In this document: positions 1 through 9,736 of the stretch, one piece after another
How positions within the stretch are numbered: position 1 is the stretch's first letter
Layout: every line of letters begins with the position of its first letter
Program-made: the position numbers and the translations under genes
Assembly (NCBI GenBank): GCA_964655525.1
Contig: CAZZNE010000009.1
Coordinates: forward strand, 46,099 to 110,098
Direction of reading: 5' to 3'
Source of the DNA: an uncultured Clostridium sp.
Lineage (GTDB): Bacteria > Bacillota > Clostridia > Lachnospirales > Lachnospiraceae
DNA length: 64,000 bases
Notes under the pieces: model-generated
Seen by the model: only the letters and a program-made list of their open reading frames with translations
Databases searched by the model: none
What the model was told of the DNA's origin: nothing

Positions 1-710
1 CTCTCGAGGGATACAAGGCGGTTTTGGGCAATGATGAGCTTTTACGGGGCTTTGTAAATTCCGTAAAGTACACAGTGATCGGAACCCTTTATTCTGTGGT
101 GACGATTTATATAACAGCCTATCCTTTAAGCTGCAAAGAGCTTCCGGGACGCAAAGCGTTCAGTATCTTTTTTATCATCACCATGTATTTTGGCGGCGGA
201 CTCATTCCTACATATTTGGTGGTGCGGGATACGGGACTTCTCAACAATATGTGGGCGCTGTTCCTTCCCGGCGGTGTAGCGATGGGGAATGTGATCATCG
301 TCAGAAATTTCTTTGAAAATAATGTACCGAAGGAACTCATTGAAGCGGCGCAGATTGACGGTGCAAACCACATGACAGTATTTACGCGGGTGGTGGTTCC
401 GCTGAGCCGTTCCATCATGGCCGTGATGGTGGTATTTTCCATGGTGGCATATTGGAATGACTGGTTTACTGCGTTGATCTATCTGAATGACACGCAGGCG
501 CCGTTCCCTTTGGTGCTGCGTGGAATTTTGATCACAACCTCCGCCATGAGCAGTTTTACCAGCGGCGCCGGATACGCCGAGGCGAACCGGATAGCGGAGC
601 TTGTAAAATTTGCTGCCATGATCATCGCGGCAGCGCCGATGCTCATTGTCTATCCTTTTGTGCAGAAATATTTTGAGCAGGGCTTTATGAGCGGTGCTGT
701 CAAGGGATGA
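1..710 (+). CDS. Carbohydrate ABC transporter permease (binding-protein-dependent inner membrane component), 5' end cut by the window edge
   Basis: The reading frame is open from nt 3 (LEGYKAVLGNDELLRGF...). It is a multi-TM hydrophobic protein with the EAAxxDGA-type loop 'IEAAQIDGANHMTVFTRVVVPL' typical of sugar ABC permeases. A binding-protein gene follows. Confidence 0.85.
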   Translation, partial: LEGYKAVLGNDELLRGFVNSVKYTVIGTLYSVVTIYITAYPLSCKELPGRKAFSIFFIITMYFGGGLIPTYLVVRDTGLLNNMWALFLPGGVAMGNVIIVRNFFENNVPKELIEAAQIDGANHMTVFTRVVVPLSRSIMAVMVVFSMVAYWNDWFTALIYLNDTQAPFPLVLRGILITTSAMSSFTSGAGYAEANRIAELVKFAAMIIAAAPMLIVYPFVQKYFEQGFMSGAVKG

Positions 711-831
711 GAACAAAGAAGCAATATTTCGATCACAGGAATGATTCATTAATGAAAAAACTAAGATTTTTTAATCACGAGATTTGTGCTTACGCGCAAG
801 CTCGCAGGTTAAGTGAGAAAGGAGCATGAAA

Positions 832-2490
832 ATGAAAAATAAGTGGAAAAAAGTGCTGTGTCAAGGACTTGTGGTCTGCATGGCGGCTGCGTGCCTTTCA
901 GGGTGCGGCAAGGGCGCTGATAAGCGGGGCGACGAGAATCAGACGGACTTTCTGATCGTGGGAGGTATGTCTCCTCTGAGCGCCGGCAATGACAGTAATC
1001 CTGTTCTTTTAGAAATGGCTGAGAAAGTAGGCGTTGACATCGAGTGGGATTTGATGAGCGATTCTCTCGGTGAAAAAGTGGGCGTTCTGATCGGCGGCGA
1101 TCAGCTGCCGGATGCGTTCATTGCCGTGAACTTTAGCATGAATGATATCAATGAGTATGGTGAAGATGGTGTATTTATTGACTTGACGGAGTACATTACC
1201 CCTGAGATCATGCCAAACCTCAGTGCGATTTTGGAGGAGCATCCCGAAATTAAATCCGCTATCACCATGGCTGACGGTCATATTTATGGACTGCCGGCGG
1301 CAGACATGCTTCGAACCGGTGCGGTCAGTGATGAATATGATTACAGTATTTATTCCGTTCCGGAATTTTCTATGATAAACAAGAGATGGCTTGATGAGCT
1401 GGGGCTTGCTGTGCCGACGAACCTGACCGAACTCCATGATGCCCTTGTGGCTTTTCAGGAGAATGATATGGCGGCCAAGGTCTACGGCAACACACAGGGA
1501 ACAATTCCTCTCTCCACGGGTTTTGACCAGTGGTGCTGGGGACAGGAAATCTTTTATGCAGGTTTTGGTTTTACAAACTTTACCAGCGACATCTGCGCGG
1601 ACCTTCTTGTGGACGCGAACGGGAAAGTTTACTTTGCCTGCACAACGGACGCTTATCGGGATGCCGTGACATATTTGCATGACTGGTACGCGGAAGGGCT
1701 TATGGATCTTGAGATGTTCTCCCAGTCCACGAACCAACTGATCGCAAAGGCATCGCAGGGACGCGTGGGAGTTACCGTATGGTGGGAAAAGGAAGAGATT
1801 CTTGGCGAATATGCGGAAGATTATGTATTTCTGCCGCCGCTTGACGGACCGGTAGGTACGGTGTATGAAGGCAGCCACAATGTGAACATCCGTGCCGGTA
1901 CGGACGGCGTTACGTCCGGTCAGTTGAACATCACCAGCGCCTGCGGCAACCCGGAACTGCTCCTCAAATATTTCGATCAATGGTATGACGGAGAGACTGT
2001 CATGCAGCTGCAGTATGGTCCGATCGGTGTGTATTTTACAGAAAAGGATGAAAACGGCGTGTGGGGAATCATCACGGACGAAGAGGCTCAGGCACAGTTC
2101 GGTCATAGCGCCGGTGAGCTGAAGGGACTTTATGAGGTTTATGGACCCCGCCTTATTCTTCCTGAGTACTATAACAGTGTGTTCTATATGGAAGACAGGG
2201 CAACGCAGCGCTTGGAGTACCTTGTAAACGATTGGCTTCCGTATGTTGAAAATAAGCTGTTTTTCCCTTCCGATGCAACCTTTACCAATGATGAGCTTGA
2301 TGTGATTTCCCGTTACAAAGCCGACTTTGTAAGTCAGGTTGCCGAATACGAGGGCACTTGGATCAAGAATGGCGGACCTACGGATGACGAGTGGGCTGCT
2401 TACTTGCAGATGCTGACGGATAACTGCGGTATGGAGAGGCTTCTTTCGGTTTATCAGGATGCTTATGACCGTTATGTATCCGCAAATTAA
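832..2490 (+). CDS. Extracellular solute-binding lipoprotein of a sugar ABC transporter (large LplA-like type)
   Basis: Signal peptide with lipobox 'AACLSGCG'. About 550 aa and W/Y/D-rich, like the large Firmicute polysaccharide-uptake binding proteins. AAAGGAG lies 7 nt before the ATG at 832; the ATG at 826 is too close to the RBS. Confidence 0.8.
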   Translation: MKNKWKKVLCQGLVVCMAAACLSGCGKGADKRGDENQTDFLIVGGMSPLSAGNDSNPVLLEMAEKVGVDIEWDLMSDSLGEKVGVLIGGDQLPDAFIAVNFSMNDINEYGEDGVFIDLTEYITPEIMPNLSAILEEHPEIKSAITMADGHIYGLPAADMLRTGAVSDEYDYSIYSVPEFSMINKRWLDELGLAVPTNLTELHDALVAFQENDMAAKVYGNTQGTIPLSTGFDQWCWGQEIFYAGFGFTNFTSDICADLLVDANGKVYFACTTDAYRDAVTYLHDWYAEGLMDLEMFSQSTNQLIAKASQGRVGVTVWWEKEEILGEYAEDYVFLPPLDGPVGTVYEGSHNVNIRAGTDGVTSGQLNITSACGNPELLLKYFDQWYDGETVMQLQYGPIGVYFTEKDENGVWGIITDEEAQAQFGHSAGELKGLYEVYGPRLILPEYYNSVFYMEDRATQRLEYLVNDWLPYVENKLFFPSDATFTNDELDVISRYKADFVSQVAEYEGTWIKNGGPTDDEWAAYLQMLTDNCGMERLLSVYQDAYDRYVSAN

Positions 2491-2527
2491 GAACTGACTT
2501 ATAGAATGGATGGAAAAGGAGACATAT

Positions 2528-4696
2528 ATGAGAAGAAACATGAAAAGAACCATATCGGTTCTGCTGGCATCATGCATGGTACTGGGTCTTACGGCCTGCG
2601 GGGGAACAGACGGTAAAAGCGGTGGTGCGGCGGATGATATTGTCAACGGCGACTTCGAGGACGTAAGCGAGGGCGCATGGGTCGGCTGGACCCGTCAGGA
2701 TGCCGCGTTCAATTTTCGCGGCGTAGTGGATGCTGATGAAGTAAATGGTGTACCCATTGAGAAAAGCGGAACTTACTTTTTCAGCGGTACTGCCGGAGGA
2801 AACCCTGCAATGCGCGGGACATTGACATCGGATGTGTTTAAGCTGGGAGGAAATGGCTTCATCGTCTTCAAGATGGGTGCCGGAAAAAACACGGATAAGG
2901 TCTATGTGGAGTTTTTTGAAGAAGGGAATGACACACCTTTGATCAGGGTCACAAATTCTGAGTGCGACGGTGTATTTATTACCGATCACCTGATCACCAA
3001 AGTTGTCGATCTCTCTGCTTATATCGGTAAGAATATCTATATCGTAGTGACGGATAATGATGACGGCAACGATTTTTCCTATGTGAACCTTGACGCATTT
3101 CGGGTTTGTGCTTCCGATGATGAGGTGGCATCTGCTGAGGCGGAGTATGCGCGTCAGATTGCGACCTATGGAGAGAAGCCGTTTGAGGAAGATGAGACTG
3201 CCACTACGATTGAAAACGGGGGCTTCGAGACCGGCGATCTCACTGGTTGGAAGACACTTGAGGGCACGGCGCTCGTTCGTACCGGCGTAGTTTCCACCAG
3301 CCAGTATTACTGGGAGGACCGCAGCGTTTACGGAGAAGGTGAATACTATCTTGACGGCAGCAATAATGGCGCGATTGCAGAGAACCTGACCGGTGCGATC
3401 CGCTCTACCAAATTCACCCTTGCGGGCGATGGTTTTATCAGCTTTATGATCGGCGCAGGAAACGGCAACTGCTATGTGGCTCTTTGCGACGGCAATACGG
3501 ATGAAGAGCTTATCACGATGCGCAATGAGTATTTTAGCGATCCGGCGCTTGCACTTACACTCCTTCGCGTCTATATGGATGCAAGCCAGTATGTCGGGAA
3601 GGTTGTGTATATCAAAGTGGTGGATGCCAATGACGGAGGCGGATTTGCGTTTATGAACGTGGACGATTTCCGTGTATCCCTTACCGCTGACGAGGTTGCG
3701 GCGCTGGAGGTTGAGCAGATGGAGAAGGTTCAGGCGGAAACGTATACGTCTGCTTCCTACGACGATCTGGCGGCTCTCCGCAATTATTATAACAATTATC
3801 CTTACCCGATACCGTTAAATTCCCTGACGGTCACCTCCTATATATCGAACAAGGTGGTTGACTGCGGTACGGTTGATGTGACTGCATACTTGGAAGAAGC
3901 GGCAGCTTCCTTTGGAAGCGACGAGGTCAGCGATTTTGCAATATCAAGGATTGTGATCGATGACACTGAGATTACCGACGGCTTTGATGCTGTTGATATG
4001 AGCGCTCCCGGGTATTATCATGTAACCTATACGGCGAGCTATGAGGATGCAACGGCTGAAGCAACGTTCACCGTGATCGCACTGGCGGATCGTCAGACGA
4101 TTGCCAACGGTGGTTTCGAGTCGGGCAACCTTGCCGGATGGACGGTTCTTACCGATGGCTGGAGTGTTGTTGACGGGCAGGCAGCCGGTGTGATTTCCGC
4201 AGAGAATTACTGGGGTGAGGCGCTTCCTTATAATCAGGCGGGCAATTATCATTTGGACGGCTGGAATAACGGACTTGACGAGGGCGCAACATGGGCCGTT
4301 CAATCAACAAACTTTACGCTTGCTGGATCCGGTTATATCTCCGTCCGTATGGGCGGTCATGCGGCGGCGGTACATGTGTACCTTGCGGATGGCACAGAGG
4401 TTGGTTATTATAAACAGAATCGTTTTAATGATGCGAATTTCCCCAGCGTCGGAGCCGGCGGCTCTTGGGCGGATATGGGAACATACGTGATAGATCTCTC
4501 TGATTACCTCGGACAGGAACTGTATCTTGTTCTTGCTGATGAACAGGTTGAGGGCTGGGCGCACGCGTTCTTTGATGAGGTTGTTACCTATTATGAGAGT
4601 GTGCCTGATTATGCAGCTAACGCGGATGTAGTTCCGGATGGCGCTACTGCGGATCCGGTGAGCATTCCTTGGCAGCTTGCGGAGAACGACCTGTAA
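2528..4696 (+). CDS. Surface lipoprotein with three repeated NGxFE..GW beta-sandwich (CBM-like) modules and an Ig-like linker; no catalytic domain recognised
   Basis: Lipobox 'LGLTACGG'. Three paralogous modules of about 155 aa at nt 2645-3107, 3215-3676 and 4106-4583. Each starts N-G-(D/G)-F-E-x-G/V...GW and contains 'F(K/T)L(G/A)G(N/D/S)G(F/Y)I(V/S)(F/V)(K/M/R)(M/I)G(A/G)...' and 'DxFRV/FFDEV'. RBS GGAGA precedes the ATG at 2528. Confidence 0.75.
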   Translation: MRRNMKRTISVLLASCMVLGLTACGGTDGKSGGAADDIVNGDFEDVSEGAWVGWTRQDAAFNFRGVVDADEVNGVPIEKSGTYFFSGTAGGNPAMRGTLTSDVFKLGGNGFIVFKMGAGKNTDKVYVEFFEEGNDTPLIRVTNSECDGVFITDHLITKVVDLSAYIGKNIYIVVTDNDDGNDFSYVNLDAFRVCASDDEVASAEAEYARQIATYGEKPFEEDETATTIENGGFETGDLTGWKTLEGTALVRTGVVSTSQYYWEDRSVYGEGEYYLDGSNNGAIAENLTGAIRSTKFTLAGDGFISFMIGAGNGNCYVALCDGNTDEELITMRNEYFSDPALALTLLRVYMDASQYVGKVVYIKVVDANDGGGFAFMNVDDFRVSLTADEVAALEVEQMEKVQAETYTSASYDDLAALRNYYNNYPYPIPLNSLTVTSYISNKVVDCGTVDVTAYLEEAAASFGSDEVSDFAISRIVIDDTEITDGFDAVDMSAPGYYHVTYTASYEDATAEATFTVIALADRQTIANGGFESGNLAGWTVLTDGWSVVDGQAAGVISAENYWGEALPYNQAGNYHLDGWNNGLDEGATWAVQSTNFTLAGSGYISVRMGGHAAAVHVYLADGTEVGYYKQNRFNDANFPSVGAGGSWADMGTYVIDLSDYLGQELYLVLADEQVEGWAHAFFDEVVTYYESVPDYAANADVVPDGATADPVSIPWQLAENDL

Positions 4697-4708
4697 TCCC
4701 CCCCATTT

Positions 4709-4739
4709 ATATCCGGACAGGATACTCCTGTCCGGATAT
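4709..4739 (+). other. Intercistronic stem-loop (13-bp perfect stem, no U-tract)
   Basis: ATATCCGGACAGG-atact-CCTGTCCGGATAT lies between the lipoprotein gene and the GH32 gene. It could be an mRNA-stabilising or partial-termination element. Confidence 0.5.
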
Positions 4740-4759
4740 CTCCTTAAGGAGGAATTGAT

Positions 4760-7129
4760 ATGAAAAAAAGTAAAGTAATCAAAACCTTATTTATTTTGGC
4801 GCTCCTGTTGACTGCAATGCTTACCGGCTGTGGGGACGCGCATAAGGATGATTTATTGCTGTATCTGAAATTCGATGAAGGCAGCGGGCTTATTGTCAAG
4901 GATTCTTCCGGCAATCTGCCCGATACAGAAATGACATATGGTTTTGCCCATGCGGCATATATGGAAGACCAGGATCCTCAGTGGCGGGATAAGGGTATTA
5001 AAGGCGGCTGCCTTCTCTTTGACGGCAGCAATACCTATATTACATACAACAGGAAAGACATTACCGTGGAAGGCAGTGAGCTGACGGTCAGCGTCTGGAT
5101 TGCGCCCAGAACCTTTGAATGGGACGATCCCCATGCCGCTGACAATGGCAATGATGCGCCGACCGGTATCATCAGTCAGTCCGACAAGGCAAATAATAAG
5201 GGTTTCCTTTTAGGCTATGAGCGTTTTGGCAGACTGACCTTTCAGGTAGGTACCGGAGATGAATGGCTGAGCGTGTGGACGAACGGCGATAACCTTAAGA
5301 AATATGAGTGGAATCATGTGGCGGCGACCTTTGACGCGAAGGCAGGGGAAATGTGCCTTTATCTGAACGGCGAACTGGTCGCATCCCGGTCTGTTCCGCA
5401 GGGAGCTGAGATTGTCGGAGCCAGCGGAAAAACGCTGGCCATTGGCAGAAACATTGAGGGAGAGCGTTTAACGGCGGGATTTCTGAATGTTGCCAGTGGA
5501 TATATAGATGAAGTAAAAATGTACAGCGAGGGTCTTAGCGCGGAGGAGATTGCTAAGGAGTATCAATCCGTAACGGTACCGGAGATTGCTTTCTCCGAAA
5601 TCTGGCTGCAAAATCTTCTGACGGGTGATTACACCCGACCGCAGTTCCATGGCGGACCTTATCAGTTTTGGATGAACGAACCTCACGCACCCGTTTATTA
5701 TAACGGAATGTATCATCTTTTCTATCAGGCCAATATGACGGGGTCATACTGGAGAAATATCTGTTGGGGGCATTTGGTCAGCACGGATATGGTGAACTGG
5801 AAACCTGTGAAAGAGGCGATCACTCCGACCGAGGGAAGTGTGGTTCCGGATGGTGTGTGGTCCGGAGGCGCGGCGCTTGATGCCAATGGTGTGCCGCTTC
5901 TCTTCTTCACAGCGGGTAATGATGGTTTCCGGGATTATGACGGACTGATTTCCAACCAAAACATCGGCGTGGCATATCCCGCCGATCTTACGGACGCTGA
6001 GCTCACCGAATGGGTTATTTATGACAAGCTTGCCGTGATTCAGCAGAATGGACAGGGGCGCACCGGCGAGTTCCGCGATCCCCATATTTGGAAAGAGGGC
6101 GATGTCTGGTGTATGCTCATATGCTCGGGTAGCACTGCTTCTACCGGTGGTTCTGCGCTTTTGTATACAACGGATACTCTTGAGTTGAAGGCTGACGGAA
6201 CCATTGACATGGATTGGCAATATAAGGGACCGGTCTATGAGATGGAAAATCAGTCCGCCTTGTATGGCACCTCATGGGAGCTGCCCATCATCCTGCCGGT
6301 TACAAACGACGCCGGCACGATAACCAAATATTTCTTCTCCATCTCTCCGGCACCTGCAAGCATTGCCGACAATAAGGTATATTACTGGCTGGGAGATTTT
6401 GATCTGGCGACTGGAAAATTTACACCGGATGAGAGCTTTGAAGGAGAACCGCATCTGCTGGATTACGGCGCCAACGTATTTACCGGTCCCAGCTGTCTGG
6501 TGGATCCGGTCAGCGGAAATATTTATATGTTCAGCATCATGCAGGATCAACGTGGAGCGGCGGAACAGGGAGCGTCGGGATGGGCGCATACGGTAGGACT
6601 TGCCAGAAGAATCTGGCTGAATGATGAGGGCACCGACCTTATGATGGAGCCGATCGAGGCGCTGCAGGGACTGGAGAAAGAGGTGCTCATCAACGAGACA
6701 AATCTTACGCTGGAAGATGCGAACAGCCTGCTCGCCGGTCTGGACGAGGATATGCTGCATATAAAGCTTACCGTAGATATAAGCGGAGCCACGGAGTTTG
6801 GCATAAATCTCAAACAGGGCGGCAAGTGGGATGCCACTACCTATACCTATGATGTCGCCGGAGAAACGATCGTGGGACGTACCGAGAACAAGGGCGAGGG
6901 CGCCAGTGTCAGTACGGTCAGCGGCGCTCTGCCGAATGACGACGGTACGATTTCCATAGAAATCTATGTTGACCGCTCATTGGTTGAGGCGTTCTTTAAC
7001 GATTACAAAGCAATCAGCATTCGGGCCTATACCGATGATCCTGACTCACATGCCATGAATCTCTTTGCGGAAGGCAGTGTAAGGATCGAGAGTCTCTATG
7101 TGGCATCCATGGGGTCTATCTTTGAATAA
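4760..7129 (+). CDS. Cell-surface lipoprotein: N-terminal LamG/concanavalin-A-like domain fused to a GH32 fructan hydrolase-like domain
   Basis: Lipobox 'MLTGCGD'. LamG-like stretch 'GCLLFDGSNTYITY...YEWNHVAATFDAKAGEMCLYLNGELV...IDEVKMY'. GH32 blocks 'FWMNEPHAPVYYNGMYHLFYQ', 'VWSGGA', 'EFRDPHIW' and 'SWELP'. AAGGAGG lies 7 nt upstream of the ATG. Confidence 0.85.
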   Translation: MKKSKVIKTLFILALLLTAMLTGCGDAHKDDLLLYLKFDEGSGLIVKDSSGNLPDTEMTYGFAHAAYMEDQDPQWRDKGIKGGCLLFDGSNTYITYNRKDITVEGSELTVSVWIAPRTFEWDDPHAADNGNDAPTGIISQSDKANNKGFLLGYERFGRLTFQVGTGDEWLSVWTNGDNLKKYEWNHVAATFDAKAGEMCLYLNGELVASRSVPQGAEIVGASGKTLAIGRNIEGERLTAGFLNVASGYIDEVKMYSEGLSAEEIAKEYQSVTVPEIAFSEIWLQNLLTGDYTRPQFHGGPYQFWMNEPHAPVYYNGMYHLFYQANMTGSYWRNICWGHLVSTDMVNWKPVKEAITPTEGSVVPDGVWSGGAALDANGVPLLFFTAGNDGFRDYDGLISNQNIGVAYPADLTDAELTEWVIYDKLAVIQQNGQGRTGEFRDPHIWKEGDVWCMLICSGSTASTGGSALLYTTDTLELKADGTIDMDWQYKGPVYEMENQSALYGTSWELPIILPVTNDAGTITKYFFSISPAPASIADNKVYYWLGDFDLATGKFTPDESFEGEPHLLDYGANVFTGPSCLVDPVSGNIYMFSIMQDQRGAAEQGASGWAHTVGLARRIWLNDEGTDLMMEPIEALQGLEKEVLINETNLTLEDANSLLAGLDEDMLHIKLTVDISGATEFGINLKQGGKWDATTYTYDVAGETIVGRTENKGEGASVSTVSGALPNDDGTISIEIYVDRSLVEAFFNDYKAISIRAYTDDPDSHAMNLFAEGSVRIESLYVASMGSIFE

Positions 7130-7209
7130 TATACGGATTTTTATGTAACTACGAACGAGTTTATGGCCTGAGAGGGACCGGAGTGTCCCCTCAGGTCTTG
7201 GAGGTTAAA

Positions 7210-8703
7210 ATGACGAGTCAGACATTGCGAGAAGCAAGAAAATATGAAGAAATGATGGAAGTTCATATTGCTCCTGAGGATAGACCTGTCTTTCATCTTT
7301 CTCCCAGAGTGGGGTGGATGAATGATCCGAATGGATTCTCCTATTATAAGGGAGAGTATCATCTGTTTTACCAGTATCACCCTTACGACTCTTTCTGGGG
7401 ACCCATGCATTGGGGGCATGCGGTGAGCAAGGATCTTCTGCACTGGGAATATTTGCCTGCGGCGTTGGCTCCGGATATGCCTTATGACAAGGATGGCTGC
7501 TTCTCCGGAAGCGCGGTGACACTTCCTGATGGGTCTCAGATGCTTCTTTATACCGGTGTGATGAGAGAACCGCAGGCGGACGGAAGCTTTCAGGACGTCC
7601 AGACACAATGTATTGCAATCGGGGACGGCAGAGATTATGAAAAAATTTTAAATAATCCGGTGCTGACAGAAAAGGATCTGCCGGAGGGCGGCAGCAGATA
7701 TGATTTCCGCGATCCTAAGGTATGGCTGGGAGAAGATGGCGTTTACTATTGTGTGGTTGGCAACTGTACGGAGGATCATGACGGACAGATTTTGTTATAC
7801 AGCAGCGCAGACGGAATCTGCTGGAAGTATGAGAGTATCCTAGCAAAAAATAACGGAAGATTTGGAAGAATGTGGGAATGTCCGGATTTTTTTGAGATGG
7901 ATGGAAAACATATGATCATAACCAGTCCTCAGGATATGCTGCCCGAAGGTTTCGAGTATCATAATGGAAACGGAACGCTGTGCCTGATCGGAAACTATGA
8001 CCGGGAGACGAAGACGTTTCTGGAGGAACATGATCAGACGGTGGATTATGGAATTGATTTCTATGCACCGCAGACAATATTGACGCCCGACGGCAGACGG
8101 GTTATGATCGGATGGATGCAGAATTGGGATACCTGTAATATGCGCAGCCAGCCTAAGAACTGGTTTGGTCAAATGTCCCTTCCAAGAGAATTATCTTTCA
8201 GAAATGGGAGATTATATCAAAAACCTATCAGGGAGTTTGATGAACTCAGGTGTAATAGGGTGGAATACAAAGATGTGTTTGTAAACGGCCTTGTCAGACT
8301 GGATGGGATAGAAGGAAGACTGGTTGATATGGAGCTTCGGATCCGTCCTGCAGACGCGGCGCAGATATTCCGGAAGTTTGCCCTGCGCTTTGCACAGGAT
8401 AAAACGCATTACACCGCGATCAGTTTCCGTCCGATGGAATCCATATTGAAAGTGGACCGTAAATTCTCCGGTTCCAGAAGAGCGATCATTCATCAAAGAC
8501 GTAGTCAGGTAAACCATGAGGAGGGGAAGTTGAAGCTGCGGGTCATCTTAGACCGTCTCAGCGTGGAGGTTTTTATAAACGACGGAGAACAGGTGATGAC
8601 TGCCACAATTGATACCCCGCAGGATGCAAGAGAAATATCGTTTGTTGCGGAGGATGGAAATGTGATTGTTGATGTGGTAAAGTATGACATAAGCAGCAGG
8701 TAA
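7210..8703 (+). CDS. Cytoplasmic GH32 beta-fructofuranosidase / sucrose-6-phosphate hydrolase
   Basis: Canonical GH32 motifs 'GWMNDPNGFSYYKGEYHLFYQYHP', 'FRDPKVW' and 'WECPDFF'. No signal peptide. GGAGG lies 5 nt before the ATG at 7210. Confidence 0.9.
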   Translation: MTSQTLREARKYEEMMEVHIAPEDRPVFHLSPRVGWMNDPNGFSYYKGEYHLFYQYHPYDSFWGPMHWGHAVSKDLLHWEYLPAALAPDMPYDKDGCFSGSAVTLPDGSQMLLYTGVMREPQADGSFQDVQTQCIAIGDGRDYEKILNNPVLTEKDLPEGGSRYDFRDPKVWLGEDGVYYCVVGNCTEDHDGQILLYSSADGICWKYESILAKNNGRFGRMWECPDFFEMDGKHMIITSPQDMLPEGFEYHNGNGTLCLIGNYDRETKTFLEEHDQTVDYGIDFYAPQTILTPDGRRVMIGWMQNWDTCNMRSQPKNWFGQMSLPRELSFRNGRLYQKPIREFDELRCNRVEYKDVFVNGLVRLDGIEGRLVDMELRIRPADAAQIFRKFALRFAQDKTHYTAISFRPMESILKVDRKFSGSRRAIIHQRRSQVNHEEGKLKLRVILDRLSVEVFINDGEQVMTATIDTPQDAREISFVAEDGNVIVDVVKYDISSR

Positions 8704-8761
8704 CGATTTTGAGAGAGCAGTCTGATCGTGAGCATGGCAAAGGGAAATGAAAGGAGCAGGT

Positions 8762-9730
8762 ATGAAAACAGTAGACGTGACCGCATTAGGAGAATTACTG
8801 ATTGATTTTACGGAAAACGGAGTGAGTGGACAGGGAAATCCGCTGTTTGAGGCCAATCCCGGCGGCGCGCCTTGCAACGTGTTGGCGATGTTGTCACGGA
8901 TGGGGCATAAAACCGCTTTTATTGGAAAGGTTGGCAAAGACTTCTTCGGAGAACAGTTAAAAAACGCCATCCGGGAGGTGGGAATCAGCGCGGATTCCCT
9001 GCGGATGGACGAGAACGTTCATACGACATTGGCACTTGTGCATACCTTTCCGGATGGAGACAGGGACTTTTCTTTTTATCGGGAACCCGGCGCGGATATG
9101 ATGCTGACAGAGGAGGAAGTACCGGAGGAGCTCCTTGAAAATACGAAGATTTTTCACTTCGGAACGCTCTCGATGACCCATGAAGGGGTGCGTCAGGCAA
9201 CGAAAAAGGCAATAGCGCTTGCTGAACGGTCCGGTGCATGGATTTCCTTTGATCCAAATTTAAGACCGCCTCTGTGGAAGAGCATGGAGGAGGCAAGAGA
9301 GCAGGTGCTGTATGGGCTGGCGCACTGCCATATCTTAAAAATTTCCGACAATGAGATTCAGTGGCTGACGGGAGAAGAAGATTATACGGCGGGCGTGAAT
9401 TGGATTCGTGATCGGTTTGAAATTCCGCTGATCTTAGTGTCCATGGGCAAGGAAGGGAGCAGAGCTTACTATCAGGGCAGGATGGTGGAAGTAAAACCAT
9501 ATCTTCGGGAGAATACCATTGAGACCACGGGCGCGGGAGATACGTTCTGCGGGTGTGTTCTGCATTATATCGTGGAGCACGGACTGAACGGTCTGACGGA
9601 GGAAGATTTGACTGAAATGTTGGATTTTGCCAACTGCGCGGCTTCTATTATCACTACGAGGAAAGGCGCCCTGCGGGTGATGCCTACTCGGGAAGAGATT
9701 GAGTGTGAGAGAAAGCGAAAACTGTTATAG
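8762..9730 (+). CDS. Fructokinase (PfkB/ribokinase-family sugar kinase)
   Basis: 'ALGELLIDF' N-terminus and the C-terminal PfkB signature 'TTGAGDTFCGCVL'. It is positioned after the two GH32 genes. The RBS AAAGGAGCAGG precedes the ATG at 8762. Confidence 0.85.
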   Translation: MKTVDVTALGELLIDFTENGVSGQGNPLFEANPGGAPCNVLAMLSRMGHKTAFIGKVGKDFFGEQLKNAIREVGISADSLRMDENVHTTLALVHTFPDGDRDFSFYREPGADMMLTEEEVPEELLENTKIFHFGTLSMTHEGVRQATKKAIALAERSGAWISFDPNLRPPLWKSMEEAREQVLYGLAHCHILKISDNEIQWLTGEEDYTAGVNWIRDRFEIPLILVSMGKEGSRAYYQGRMVEVKPYLRENTIETTGAGDTFCGCVLHYIVEHGLNGLTEEDLTEMLDFANCAASIITTRKGALRVMPTREEIECERKRKLL

Positions 9731-9736
9731 ATGGAA

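Noticed and set aside
1009-2646. A 545-aa minus-strand ORF antisense to the binding-lipoprotein gene. Similar long antisense ORFs occur at 10511-11617, 23987-24793, 26041-26655, 26785-27498, 31797-32600, 44148-44780, 51041-51691 and 13811-14461.
   Set aside because: Each lies fully inside a sense gene that has clear family motifs. Their translations are R/H/C/I-rich with no recognisable motifs and no RBS. They are typical shadow ORFs on the antisense frame.
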